Positions 14,411 through 22,960 of a stretch of DNA of 64,000 nucleotides are shown here, in pieces; the first letter of the stretch is position 1; each line of letters begins with the position of its first letter. The notes beneath the pieces are model-generated. The model was not told the origin of the DNA, ran no database searches, and saw nothing but the letters and a program-made list of their open reading frames with translations. The stretch spans positions 288,001-352,000 of the forward strand of contig CAVPCR010000003.1 of NCBI GenBank assembly GCA_963702435.1, in the 5' to 3' direction. A program made the position numbers and the translations under genes. Origin of the DNA: Candidatus Eiseniibacteriota bacterium (GTDB lineage: Bacteria > Eisenbacteria > RBG-16-71-46 > CAVPCR01).

Positions 14411-15950
14411 CTACTTGCCGTAGCGATCCTCGTAGCCCTTGCGCAGGGCCTCGGCCTCCTCGGGCGTCAGGCCCTTCTGCCAGAGGTGCTCCGGCCTGTT
14501 CAGGAACTCGCCCACCTTCCGTTCGTACTTGGCCTTCATCTCGGGACTCTTCTCCCCCGCCGCCTCGACCACTGCCGGCAAGAACTCGGTATAGAAGTGC
14601 TTCGACACCTCGTACATGCCGTGCCAGTGCGTGTAGTCGGGGCCCATCATGCTCGCCCCGTGGCGGGCGCGCCGACCCTCGTGGTGCCAGAGCTCCCAGA
14701 AGACCCACTGCACCTCGTGCTCGAAAGGCGCCTTCGGGTTGAGAACCCCGTCCTTGGTGAGCTCGTTCATGAACTCCTGCGCGGGCTTCGCGAACTTCTC
14801 GTTGTAGAGCGTGACGAGATCGTCGTACTGCTTGTAGAAGTTGTCAACGTAGGTCGTACTGTGGCAGTTCAGGCAAGCGCCCTGCATCGTCTTCCGGCGC
14901 TCCTCCCAAGTCACGATCTTCGCCACCTTCCGCGGCACGGTCTTCGTCACGAGCTGGTCGTTCTCGACGACCTTCTCCGCCGTCTCGACCGTGGCCCCGA
15001 CCGCCGGCAGGGTCTTCGTATCGGGGTAGTCCTCCTTGAAGCCGTCCTCGTACCAGACCAGGTTGAGCTTCGTCGAGATCACGGGGCGGAGGGTCCAGCT
15101 GATCCGCTCGCCGACATCGTGCGTCCGCCCCTTCACTACCCCCTCCGGGGTCGAGTAGCTCGAGATGTGGCAGGTGGCGCAGGTCGGGGCGGCCGAGTAG
15201 TCCTTCCCGAGCACCCAGTCGCCCGCCTTGTCGAGGGCCATGTGCTCGCGATTGGCGTAGAAGGCGATGCCGTGCTTCGACTCGTTGTAGATCTCGATCT
15301 GCGGGTGATCGGGCCCCATGTGGCACTTGCCGCAGTTCTCGGGCGAGCGCGAGAGCTTGGCTTCGAAGGCGTGGCGCGAGTGGCAGGCATGACAGGAGCC
15401 CTTCGACCCGTCCGGATTCAGGCGGCCCATCCCGCGAGTTCGGCCAGGTGTTGGGATCGATGACGGGCTTCCCCTCGCTCCCCGTGCGGAGGACCTTTCC
15501 CGCTGCGTCCCGCTGGTACTTGATGATCGTCCCGTGGCACTGCCAGCAGCCGTTGACGGCGTCGGCGATGTTGCCGGGCATGCCCGCGACCTTCTCGGCC
15601 AGGATGTTGTCGAGGCTCGCGAGGATCTCGCCGGCCTTGGCGTGATGGCTGCTCGTGAACTCGTTGACCTCCTGCTCGTGGCACTGCGCGCAGTCCTTGG
15701 GGGTCACGAGCGGCGAGACCCAGGCGCCGGCGTGCCGCCAGGCGTCGATATCGCCCTCGGTGGCGGTGTGGCAGTCGGCGCAGCTCACCCCGGACTTGGC
15801 GTGGCGCGAGCGCTCCCACTCCATGACGAGCGCCGGCGACTGCTGGCGATGGCAATCGACGCAGGCCTCGTCGGCGGCCGCGACCGCGGCGGCGAGGAGC
15901 GGCAACGCCAGAAGAACGACACACACGGAGAAACGGCGACTGGCAGTCAT
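14411..15950 (-). CDS. Octaheme cytochrome c of the hydroxylamine oxidoreductase (HAO) family; one frameshift near 15434
   Basis: Signal peptide and eight CxxCH motifs (CVDCH, CADCH, CAQCH, CWQCH | CHACH, CGKCH, CATCH, CLNCH), plus HMGPDHPQIEIYNESKHG and GPDYTHWHG. Removing one base restores TWPNSGMGRLNPDGS. Confidence 0.87.
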
Positions 15951-16005
15951 CTCCACCTCCCTCGACGTGGGCCAGGCGAGCGCCCTTTCGCACCCGCGGG
16001 CGCGC

Positions 16006-16034
16006 AGTGTGCGTCGACGCCGCGAGCCTGTCAA
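16006..16034 (-). promoter_or_regulatory. Putative sigma70-type promoter for the HAO-family gene
   Basis: TTGACA-17 nt-CACACT about 55 nt upstream of the ATG; the -10 element is imperfect. Confidence 0.4.
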
Positions 16035-16099
16035 TCACGCCATCGGCGCGTCATGGTCGTTGATCTGGAGGGTGGGTCGTCGCCCGGCTCGTCTCGCCT

Positions 16100-16260
16100 G
16101 GCCGCCGCTCCCGCTCGCGGCAAACGCTGTCGGGTCTTGTGAACTCCCCGATCCGGCCGCCGCTCCCGCTCGCGGCCAACGCTGTCGGGTCTTGTGAGCT
16201 CCCCGATCCGGCCGCCGCTTCCGCTCGCGGCCAACGCTGTCGGGTCTTGTGAGCTCCCCG
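16100..16260. repeat. Non-coding tandem repeat, about 3 x 55 bp
   Basis: Units start at 16100, 16155 and 16210: GGCCGCCGCTCCCGCTCGCGGC[AC]AACGCTGTCGGGTCTTGTGA[AG]CTCCCCGATCC. Confidence 0.93.
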
Positions 16261-16577
16261 CCCTCGCCACTCGCCCGACGCCGGACACCGCCGCATCGCT
16301 CCCTCCGCGCCCGGAGCGTCCGCCCCCGAGCAGGCCGCACACCACCGGCCGCAGTGACTCGACGCGGCCCAGACAGATGTATTGCACGAAACATGCCGCG
16401 GCCGCGAGTGAGACGGTCCAGGAGGTCAACCTCTGGGGCCAGGAGCCGTTCCTCGCCACCGCCAGCCGGCGTGCGCACGTTGTTGTCACTTCCGGCAACG
16501 TCCTCACCGGGAGGCACACGAAGCGAAGCCGCGGAGCCGCAGATCGGAGATTCGAACCGCGGGGCTTCGACGGTGGG

Positions 16578-16799
16578 CTATACCTGCTCGGACCCGGATC
16601 CCGCCGCCGCATCGGGTGATGGCGCTTCCAGCGGCGGCTGTCCTCGCAGATGGCGCACCACGCGCTGGGCCTCCTCGAGCCACGCGAGCTTCTCCCAGAG
16701 CGGGAGGCGGGCCATGCGACGCCGCTGCGCCCGCTCGTGGCCCTCCCACCCATGCTCCCAGATCTGCTCGGGCGGCGTGTCCGGTTTCTCCTCACTCAT
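16578..16799 (-). CDS. Small hypothetical protein, partner of the adjacent nucleotidyltransferase
   Basis: 73 aa (WEHGWEGHERAQRRRMARLPLWEKLAWLEEA); the start overlaps the upstream stop. Confidence 0.6.
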   Translation of the reverse strand: MSEEKPDTPPEQIWEHGWEGHERAQRRRMARLPLWEKLAWLEEAQRVVRHLRGQPPLEAPSPDAAAGSGSEQV

Positions 16800-17307
16800 G
16801 GTCCTTCTCCGCCTCCGCGTGCAGTTCGAGGAGTCGCTTCACATCGTCGAGATCGATCGGACGCCCGGCCGCGCGCTTCATGGCCACAAGATCATCGAGC
16901 CCCACGAATGTCCCGGCGACTCCGGGCGCCACCTGGAACGGGGCGGCCGCCGCGTACGCCCGCGCGAAGTCGAACGGCGGATCGAGGAAGAGTTCGATCT
17001 CGGTGGCCGGATGGGCCGAGCTCGCGAGAGAGAAGACGGTGAGCCCCTTGGTGCGAACCCAGTCGGCTCGCTTGGCTCCATCCGCGAAATCCGCGAGCGG
17101 CACGGGGGCCCGCGGCGAACAACCGAGAGTGGCCAGTGCCGCCAGCGCGCGCTCCAGGTTGGACGCCTCGGGATCCAGCACGAGATCGAGGTCCGCGGTG
17201 AGTCGCACATGTCCGTGAGCCACGACCGCGAGCCCACCCACGATCAGATAGCGCACACTGCTGTCGTTGAGTCGGCGAATGATCGTCTCGATGCTCCCGC
17301 GCGTCAT
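16792..17307 (-). CDS. Pol-beta-superfamily nucleotidyltransferase (DUF6036-like)
   Basis: YLIVGGLAVVAHGHVRLTADLD and C-terminal LVAMKRAAGRPIDLDD. Confidence 0.8.
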   Translation of the reverse strand: MTRGSIETIIRRLNDSSVRYLIVGGLAVVAHGHVRLTADLDLVLDPEASNLERALAALATLGCSPRAPVPLADFADGAKRADWVRTKGLTVFSLASSAHPATEIELFLDPPFDFARAYAAAAPFQVAPGVAGTFVGLDDLVAMKRAAGRPIDLDDVKRLLELHAEAEKDHE

Positions 17308-17310
17308 GGC

Positions 17311-18027
17311 TCAATCTCCACTCGTCGCGCCACCGCTCGCGGCGAGGAGGGCCGCCGCGAACCGCGGCCCTTCCTGCTCGTGCTTGAAGAAGGCATACAC
17401 GTCGGCGCCGCCCCGGACCACGGCGCGGAGCTGCTCGCTCCACCTCGCGATGTCCTCCGGCGTGTAGTCCTCGCGGCGGAGACGCACGTAGAGATAAGGC
17501 GCAGTCAGCTCGATCTCGGGCGCCCCCTCCTCGGTCTCGTTGATGCAGAGGCTGACGCCGCGGGCGCGGAGGAGCCCCTCGACCTCGGCGTCGAACCAGC
17601 TCGGGTGGCGGAACTCGAACGCGTAGCGATGCGGGGCGGGAAGCTCCTCGAGAAAACGACCCAGCAGCGCGGCGTCCTTCCGCATGTAGGGCGGGAGCTG
17701 GAAGAGCACCGGGCCGAGCTTCGGCCCGAGCGTCTCCGCGGTGGTCATGAAGTAGCGGACGTTCTCCCCGGAGTCCTTGAGCTTCTGGATGTGCGTGATG
17801 CGCTGCGAGGCCTTGAGCACGAAGACGAAGTCCGGCGGCGTCGCCGCCGCCCAGTTGGCGAGCGTCGTCGCCGCCGGCATGTGGCGGAAGGTGTAGTTGA
17901 TCTCGACGACGGGGAGGCGCGCCGCGTAGTACGGGAGCATCTGCTTGTCCGGGAGATCGGCCGGATAGAAGCTCCCCTTCCATTCCTTGAAGCTGTAGCC
18001 GGACGTGCCGACCCGCAGGACCGCCAT
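17311..18027 (-). CDS. DUF72 domain protein
   Basis: VGTSGYSFKEWKGSFYP, VEINYTF, LFQLPP, AFEFRHPSW, YVRLR. Confidence 0.9.
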   Translation of the reverse strand: MAVLRVGTSGYSFKEWKGSFYPADLPDKQMLPYYAARLPVVEINYTFRHMPAATTLANWAAATPPDFVFVLKASQRITHIQKLKDSGENVRYFMTTAETLGPKLGPVLFQLPPYMRKDAALLGRFLEELPAPHRYAFEFRHPSWFDAEVEGLLRARGVSLCINETEEGAPEIELTAPYLYVRLRREDYTPEDIARWSEQLRAVVRGGADVYAFFKHEQEGPRFAAALLAASGGATSGD

Positions 18028-18165
18028 GCTCGGTTCCCCTTTCCGCTGTGAGCGCCGGGCCATCATACCGTGGCCGGAACGGATCGGGCCAGGCGACGTG
18101 GTATCGTCGCGGATCGGACCGCGTCGCGGCAAGAGACTCGCCGCGGCCGGGCGGGGGATACGCCG

Positions 18166-19461
18166 ATGACCATTCCACTCACGACGCCGATCGTGCTCGG
18201 CGGGGGGGCTTTCGACCCCGCGGCCTTCCCCTACCGGTTCTCGACCCTCCCGCCCGTGCCGCCGCCGCGCGTGGACCTCGGGACCCGCCTCCCCGGGCTT
18301 CTTCGCCAACCGACCGCCGGCCCGCCGCTTTCCGCCCGGGCGCCCGCGGTCGTCGTCGTTCCCGACGCCACGCGCGCCACCTTCGTCCGGCCGATGGTCG
18401 AGGCCGTCGTTCGCCATCTCATCGGTGGCGGCCTTCCCCCTTCCGACGTGCACCTCCTCCTCGCGGGCGGACTTCATCGCCCGCCCACCAGCAGCGAGCT
18501 CGCCAGGCTCCTCGGCCCGGAAATCCACGGGCGCTTCCCGCTGCATCTTCACGACGCCGACGATCCGTCGCTCGTGCATGTCGGGACGACGCGCCGCGGC
18601 ACGCCGGTCCACCTGCCCCGTCTCGTCATGGAGGCGCGCACGCTTGTCGTCGTGGGCGGCATCACGCCGCACTACTTCGCGGGGTGGACGGGTGGCATGA
18701 AGGGCCTGGTGCCGGGAGCCGCCGGGCGGCCGACGATCACGGCGAACCATCGCCGCGCCGTCGCGCCGGCCGAGCCCACAGGCCTGCATCCCGCCTGTCG
18801 CGAGGGATCGACGCGCGGCAATCCCGTCCACGCGGACTACGTCGAGGCCGCCTCGTTCGCGCCGACGCCCTTTCTGCTGAACGTGGTCCTTGGGCGGGAC
18901 GGCGAGCCGCGCGCGCTCGTCGCCGGCCGCCCGCGTGAGGCGTATCGCGCCGGCATGCGCGCGGCGCGGCGGGCCGTCGGTGTGCGCATCGCCCCGGTGC
19001 CGCTCGCGATCGTCGCGTCCGGCGACCCGGGCCGCGAGCGGGACTGGATCCAGGCGCACAAGATCGCCCGCCAGGGCGCAGCCTGCGTCGCCGACGGCGG
19101 CGTGCTCATCGCGCTCGCCGCGTGCACGGACGGCGTCGGCTCGCCCACCCTTCTCGACTGGTTCAACGTGGATCCGGCCCGCCTCGCCGGCGAGGTGGCC
19201 GAACGCTACACGCTCCATGGACACACAGCTCTCGCCATGCGCGCGCTGATGCGCCGCATCCGGGTGCTCCTCGTCACCTCGCTCGCGCCCGAGATCGTGG
19301 TGAAGATGGGGATGACGCCGCTCCCCTCGCTCGATGCGGCGCTCGCGGCCGCCGCCGCGGTCGCGCCGGCGGGCTCCGCGGCCCTCGCGATCCCGCGCGC
19401 CGGCACGCTCCTCCCCTTGCCTCCGGCGGCGACCCGTTCCCGGGCCGCGCGCCCACGTTGA
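18166..19461 (+). CDS. Nickel-dependent lactate racemase (LarA)-family protein
   Basis: VVVPDATR, AGGLHRP, HDADD, TPHYFAGWTGGMKGLVPG. Confidence 0.8.
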   Translation: MTIPLTTPIVLGGGAFDPAAFPYRFSTLPPVPPPRVDLGTRLPGLLRQPTAGPPLSARAPAVVVVPDATRATFVRPMVEAVVRHLIGGGLPPSDVHLLLAGGLHRPPTSSELARLLGPEIHGRFPLHLHDADDPSLVHVGTTRRGTPVHLPRLVMEARTLVVVGGITPHYFAGWTGGMKGLVPGAAGRPTITANHRRAVAPAEPTGLHPACREGSTRGNPVHADYVEAASFAPTPFLLNVVLGRDGEPRALVAGRPREAYRAGMRAARRAVGVRIAPVPLAIVASGDPGRERDWIQAHKIARQGAACVADGGVLIALAACTDGVGSPTLLDWFNVDPARLAGEVAERYTLHGHTALAMRALMRRIRVLLVTSLAPEIVVKMGMTPLPSLDAALAAAAAVAPAGSAALAIPRAGTLLPLPPAATRSRAARPR

Positions 19462-19539
19462 CGCGGCGGCCCGCGTGCGCCACCCTCTGGGTCAGTTCCG
19501 TCCCCTCGCGGCCCGCTCGCAGCAGGAGGTCAAGTGGCG

Positions 19540-20229
19540 ATGGTGAAGCGCGTAGGTGTGATTCTCTCCGGATGCGGCGTCTACGACGGCGCCGAGATCC
19601 ACGAGGCGGTCCTCTCCATGCTGGCGCTCGACCGCGCCGGCGCCGAGATCGTGTGTCTTGCCCCGAACAAGGACCAGGTCGACGTCATCGATCACGTGAC
19701 CGGGAAGCCGACCGGCGAGAAGCGGAACGTCATGGTCGAGGCGGCGCGCATCGCCCGCGGCAAGATCACGGACGTCGCCGCCGTCACCGCCGGCGATCTC
19801 GATGCGGTCCTCCTCCCCGGCGGCTACGGCGCGGCGAAGAACCTCTCGAGCTTCGCGAGCGCGGGCGCCCAGTGCCAGGTCGAGCCGAGCGTGGCCAAGC
19901 TCCTCCGCGACATGCACGCCCTGGGCAAGCCGATCGCCGCCCTCTGCATCGCACCGGCGATCGTCGCCAAGGTGTTCGGCGACTCGCTCCATCCCGATCT
20001 CACCATCGGCAAGGATCCGGCGACTGCGAAGCAGATCGGCGCGACCGGCTCCCATCATGTCGATGCCGGGGTCGTGGACGTGGTCATCGACCGCAAGAAC
20101 AAGATCGTGACGACACCGTGCTACATGCTCGCCGGCCGCATCAGCGAGGTGGCGACCGGAGCCGAGAAGGCGGTGGCCGCCCTCCTGGAGCTCGCCGGAC
20201 CCAAGGCCCGGACCGCCGGGTTCCGGTGA
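19540..20229 (+). CDS. elbB: Glyoxalase ElbB / ES1 family (DJ-1/PfpI superfamily)
   Basis: ILSGCGVYDGAEIHE, EAARIARG, PGGYGAAKNL, CIAP, VTTPCYM. Confidence 0.9.
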   Translation: MVKRVGVILSGCGVYDGAEIHEAVLSMLALDRAGAEIVCLAPNKDQVDVIDHVTGKPTGEKRNVMVEAARIARGKITDVAAVTAGDLDAVLLPGGYGAAKNLSSFASAGAQCQVEPSVAKLLRDMHALGKPIAALCIAPAIVAKVFGDSLHPDLTIGKDPATAKQIGATGSHHVDAGVVDVVIDRKNKIVTTPCYMLAGRISEVATGAEKAVAALLELAGPKARTAGFR

Positions 20230-20237
20230 TCGATCGC

Positions 20238-21050
20238 ATGGGGCTGGTGCCGCGCGACCTGCGCCCGACTGCGCGGACGCCCGGTGCGGCACCGCGCGCC
20301 CTCGCCTTCGCGCTCGCCGCGGCGCTCGCTGCCGGCTCCGCGGGCTCGTGTGGGAAGGCCGCTCCCCTCCCCCTCCTCGTCTTCGCCGCGGCGAGCACCA
20401 CGGACGCGCTCACCGAGCTCGGCCCCGCGTTCACGGCCGAGAGCGGTATCCCGGTCGCCTTCGCCTTCGGCGGATCGAGCGATCTCGCGCGCCAGCTGAA
20501 GAGCGGCGCCCCCGGCGACGTCTTCCTCTCCGCGGATCAAGCCCAGATGGACGAGCTCGAGCGAATCGGGCTCGTCCAGCCCGGGAGCCGCCGCACGCTG
20601 CTCGCGAACGAGCTCGCGATCGTCGTCGCGACCGACCTCCCGACCCCGATCGCGAAGCCCGCCGATCTCCTCCTCGTCCAGCGCCTCGCCCTCGCCGATC
20701 CTACGGCGGTCCCGGCGGGAATCTACGCGAAGCAGTGGCTGTTCACGCAGGGGCTGTGGGCGGTGCTCTCTCCCCGGATCCTCCCGATGCAGGACGTGCG
20801 GGCCGCGCTCGCCGCCGTCGAATCGGGGGCGGCGGAGGCGGCGATCGTCTATCGCACCGATGCGGCGATCGCACGGAATGCGCGCCTCGCGTTCGTCGTG
20901 CCGCGCGACGCCGGCCCGCCGATCCTCTACCCGGTCGCTCCGCTCACCGGGTCGCGCCAGCCGCGGGCGGCCTCCGACTTCGTCACCTTCCTCGCGAGCG
21001 AGCCGGCGCGCGCCGTCTTCGCCCACCACGGCTTCATCGCCGCGCCCTAG
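20238..21050 (+). CDS. modA: Molybdate ABC transporter substrate-binding protein
   Basis: VFAAAST, FGGSSDLARQ, DVFLSAD, VPAGIYA, VYRTDA; directly upstream of modB; start could be the GTG at 20226. Confidence 0.9.
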   Translation: MGLVPRDLRPTARTPGAAPRALAFALAAALAAGSAGSCGKAAPLPLLVFAAASTTDALTELGPAFTAESGIPVAFAFGGSSDLARQLKSGAPGDVFLSADQAQMDELERIGLVQPGSRRTLLANELAIVVATDLPTPIAKPADLLLVQRLALADPTAVPAGIYAKQWLFTQGLWAVLSPRILPMQDVRAALAAVESGAAEAAIVYRTDAAIARNARLAFVVPRDAGPPILYPVAPLTGSRQPRAASDFVTFLASEPARAVFAHHGFIAAP

Positions 21051-21059
21051 GAGAGTCGC

Positions 21060-21773
21060 GTGTTCACGGCGGAGGACTGGGCCATCTTCCTCTTCACGGT
21101 GAAGATGGCCGTCCTCTCGACGCTCCTCATCCTGCCGGCCGGCATCGCCGCCGGTTACGGGCTCGCACGCTGGCGCGGCCCCGGGAAGCACCTCGTCGAG
21201 ACCGCGCTCTCCCTGCCCCTCGTCCTGCCCCCGACCGCGGTCGGCCTCCTCCTCCTCGCGCTCATCGGCCGGCGCGGCCTCGCCGGCGGGGCGCTCGCTC
21301 GCGCCGGGCTCGACATCGCCTTCACCTGGAAGGCGGTCGTCCTCGCCATCGCCGTCATGTCCTTCCCGCTCCTCGTCCGCTCGGCGCGGACCGCGTTCGA
21401 GGAGGTGGACTCGCGCCTCATCGGCATCGCTCGCACGCTCGGCCTCACCCCCGTCGCCGCCTTCGCCCGGGTCACGCTGCCGCTCGCCTGGCGCGGGCTC
21501 CTCGCCGGCACGCTCCTCGCCTTCTCCCGCGCGCTCGGCGAGTTCGGCGCCACCATCCTGGTCGCCGGGAATATTCCCGGCCGCACGCAGACGATTGCGC
21601 TGGCCATCTACCAGCGCGTCCAGATCGGCGCCGACGGCGCCGCCTTCCGGCTGGTCGCGTTGACAGTGCTCCTCGCCTTCGCCGCGGTGTGGACGACCGA
21701 GATCGCGATGCGCCGGCGCGGGCGGCGCTTCGAGACGGCGCCTGACACGGCGACGCGGAGCGAAGCGCCGTGA
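21060..21773 (+). CDS. modB: Molybdate ABC transporter permease
   Basis: LPLVLPPTAVG, FSRALGEFGAT, GNIPGRTQT. Confidence 0.92.
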   Translation: MFTAEDWAIFLFTVKMAVLSTLLILPAGIAAGYGLARWRGPGKHLVETALSLPLVLPPTAVGLLLLALIGRRGLAGGALARAGLDIAFTWKAVVLAIAVMSFPLLVRSARTAFEEVDSRLIGIARTLGLTPVAAFARVTLPLAWRGLLAGTLLAFSRALGEFGATILVAGNIPGRTQTIALAIYQRVQIGADGAAFRLVALTVLLAFAAVWTTEIAMRRRGRRFETAPDTATRSEAP

Positions 21774-22864
21774 CGTCCCCGCTTCTCGAGCTGGATGTCC
21801 GCCTCCCGCTCGCCCGTTTCCCCCTCGCCGTGCGCGCCGCGATCGCGGGCGATGCGGTCGCGGTGCTCGGCCCCTCGGGCGCGGGGAAGACCTCGCTCCT
21901 CGAGGTGATCGCCGGGCTCCGCCGCGCCACGGGACGGCTCTCCCTCGCCGGCGAGGTGCTCCTCGACTCGGCGGCCGGCGTCGACCGGCCGCCCGAGCGG
22001 CGGCGAGTCGGTTACGTGCCGCAGGACGCCGGCCTCTTCCCGCATCTCGATGTGCGCGCCAACGTGCGCTTCGGGCTCCGCCGCGACCCCGAGGCCGAGC
22101 GCCGCTTCGCCGAGTCGATCGAGATGCTCGCGCTCGCATCGCTCCTCGATCGTCATCCGGCGACCCTCTCCGGCGGCGAGCGGCAGCGGGTCGCCCTCGC
22201 CCGCGCGCTCGCGAGCGCGCCGCGCCTCCTCGTCCTCGATGAACCGCTGGCGGCTCTCGATCGCGAGCTCAAGGCGCGCATCCTCCCCTACCTCCTGGCG
22301 ATCCGCGACGAGGCGCGGGTGCCGCTCGTCTACGTCACGCACAACGTGGGCGAGGCGCTCCTCCTCGCCCGCGAGGCGCTCGTGCTCAAGGATGGCGCAG
22401 TCCTCGCCCACGGTCCCGCCGAGCGCGTGCTCGGCGCCGGAGGGCACGCCGGCGCGCTCGCCACCCTCGATCCAGACGTGCGCTTCGACAACGTGATCGC
22501 CGGCACCATCGCCGCGGTCGACGAGGCCGCAGGCATCGCCCATCTCGCGATCGCGGACGGGCTTCACCTCGCCGTGCCCGCCCCCGCGGGCGCCACCGCC
22601 GGGCGCCGCGCCGCCTATGCGGTGCCGGCCGAGGATGTCCTCGTCTCGATCCACCCGCTCGCCGGCATCTCGGCGCGGAACATCCTCGCCGGGCAAGTGA
22701 CGGCGCTCGATGCGATCGGGCGCGATGCGATCGTCGGCATCTCGGCGGCGGGGCGCGCCTGGCGGGCGCGCCTCACGCCGGCCGCGGCACGGGAGCTCGG
22801 TCTCGCGCCCGGGCTCCCGGTATGGATCGCCATCAAGACGCACGCCTTCCGCCGGCTCGAGTGA
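21770..22864 (+). CDS. modC: Molybdate ABC transporter ATP-binding protein with TOBE domains
   Basis: GPSGAGKTS, LSGGERQRV, LDEPL, SARNIL, WIAIK. Confidence 0.92.
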   Translation: MTSPLLELDVRLPLARFPLAVRAAIAGDAVAVLGPSGAGKTSLLEVIAGLRRATGRLSLAGEVLLDSAAGVDRPPERRRVGYVPQDAGLFPHLDVRANVRFGLRRDPEAERRFAESIEMLALASLLDRHPATLSGGERQRVALARALASAPRLLVLDEPLAALDRELKARILPYLLAIRDEARVPLVYVTHNVGEALLLAREALVLKDGAVLAHGPAERVLGAGGHAGALATLDPDVRFDNVIAGTIAAVDEAAGIAHLAIADGLHLAVPAPAGATAGRRAAYAVPAEDVLVSIHPLAGISARNILAGQVTALDAIGRDAIVGISAAGRAWRARLTPAAARELGLAPGLPVWIAIKTHAFRRLE

Positions 22865-22901
22865 ACGGAGCCCCGCTGTCGGCAACGGTCGAGAACTGCA
22901 C

Positions 22902-22929
22902 TTGACTTGCCTGCTTGCCGGCGTAGTGT
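22902..22929 (+). promoter_or_regulatory. Putative sigma70-type promoter for the surface-protein cluster
   Basis: TTGACT-16 nt-TAGTGT about 30 nt before the ATG at 22961. Confidence 0.45.
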
Positions 22930-22960
22930 GAGTCATGTCCTTCCCCCAAGCGGAGCCTTG

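Noticed and set aside
16535..16565. GGTTCGAATC T-loop-like sequence on the minus strand (also GGTTCGAC at about 53691) as tRNA fragment or att site
   Set aside because: The flanking bases do not form a T-stem or acceptor stem, and no integrase is nearby.
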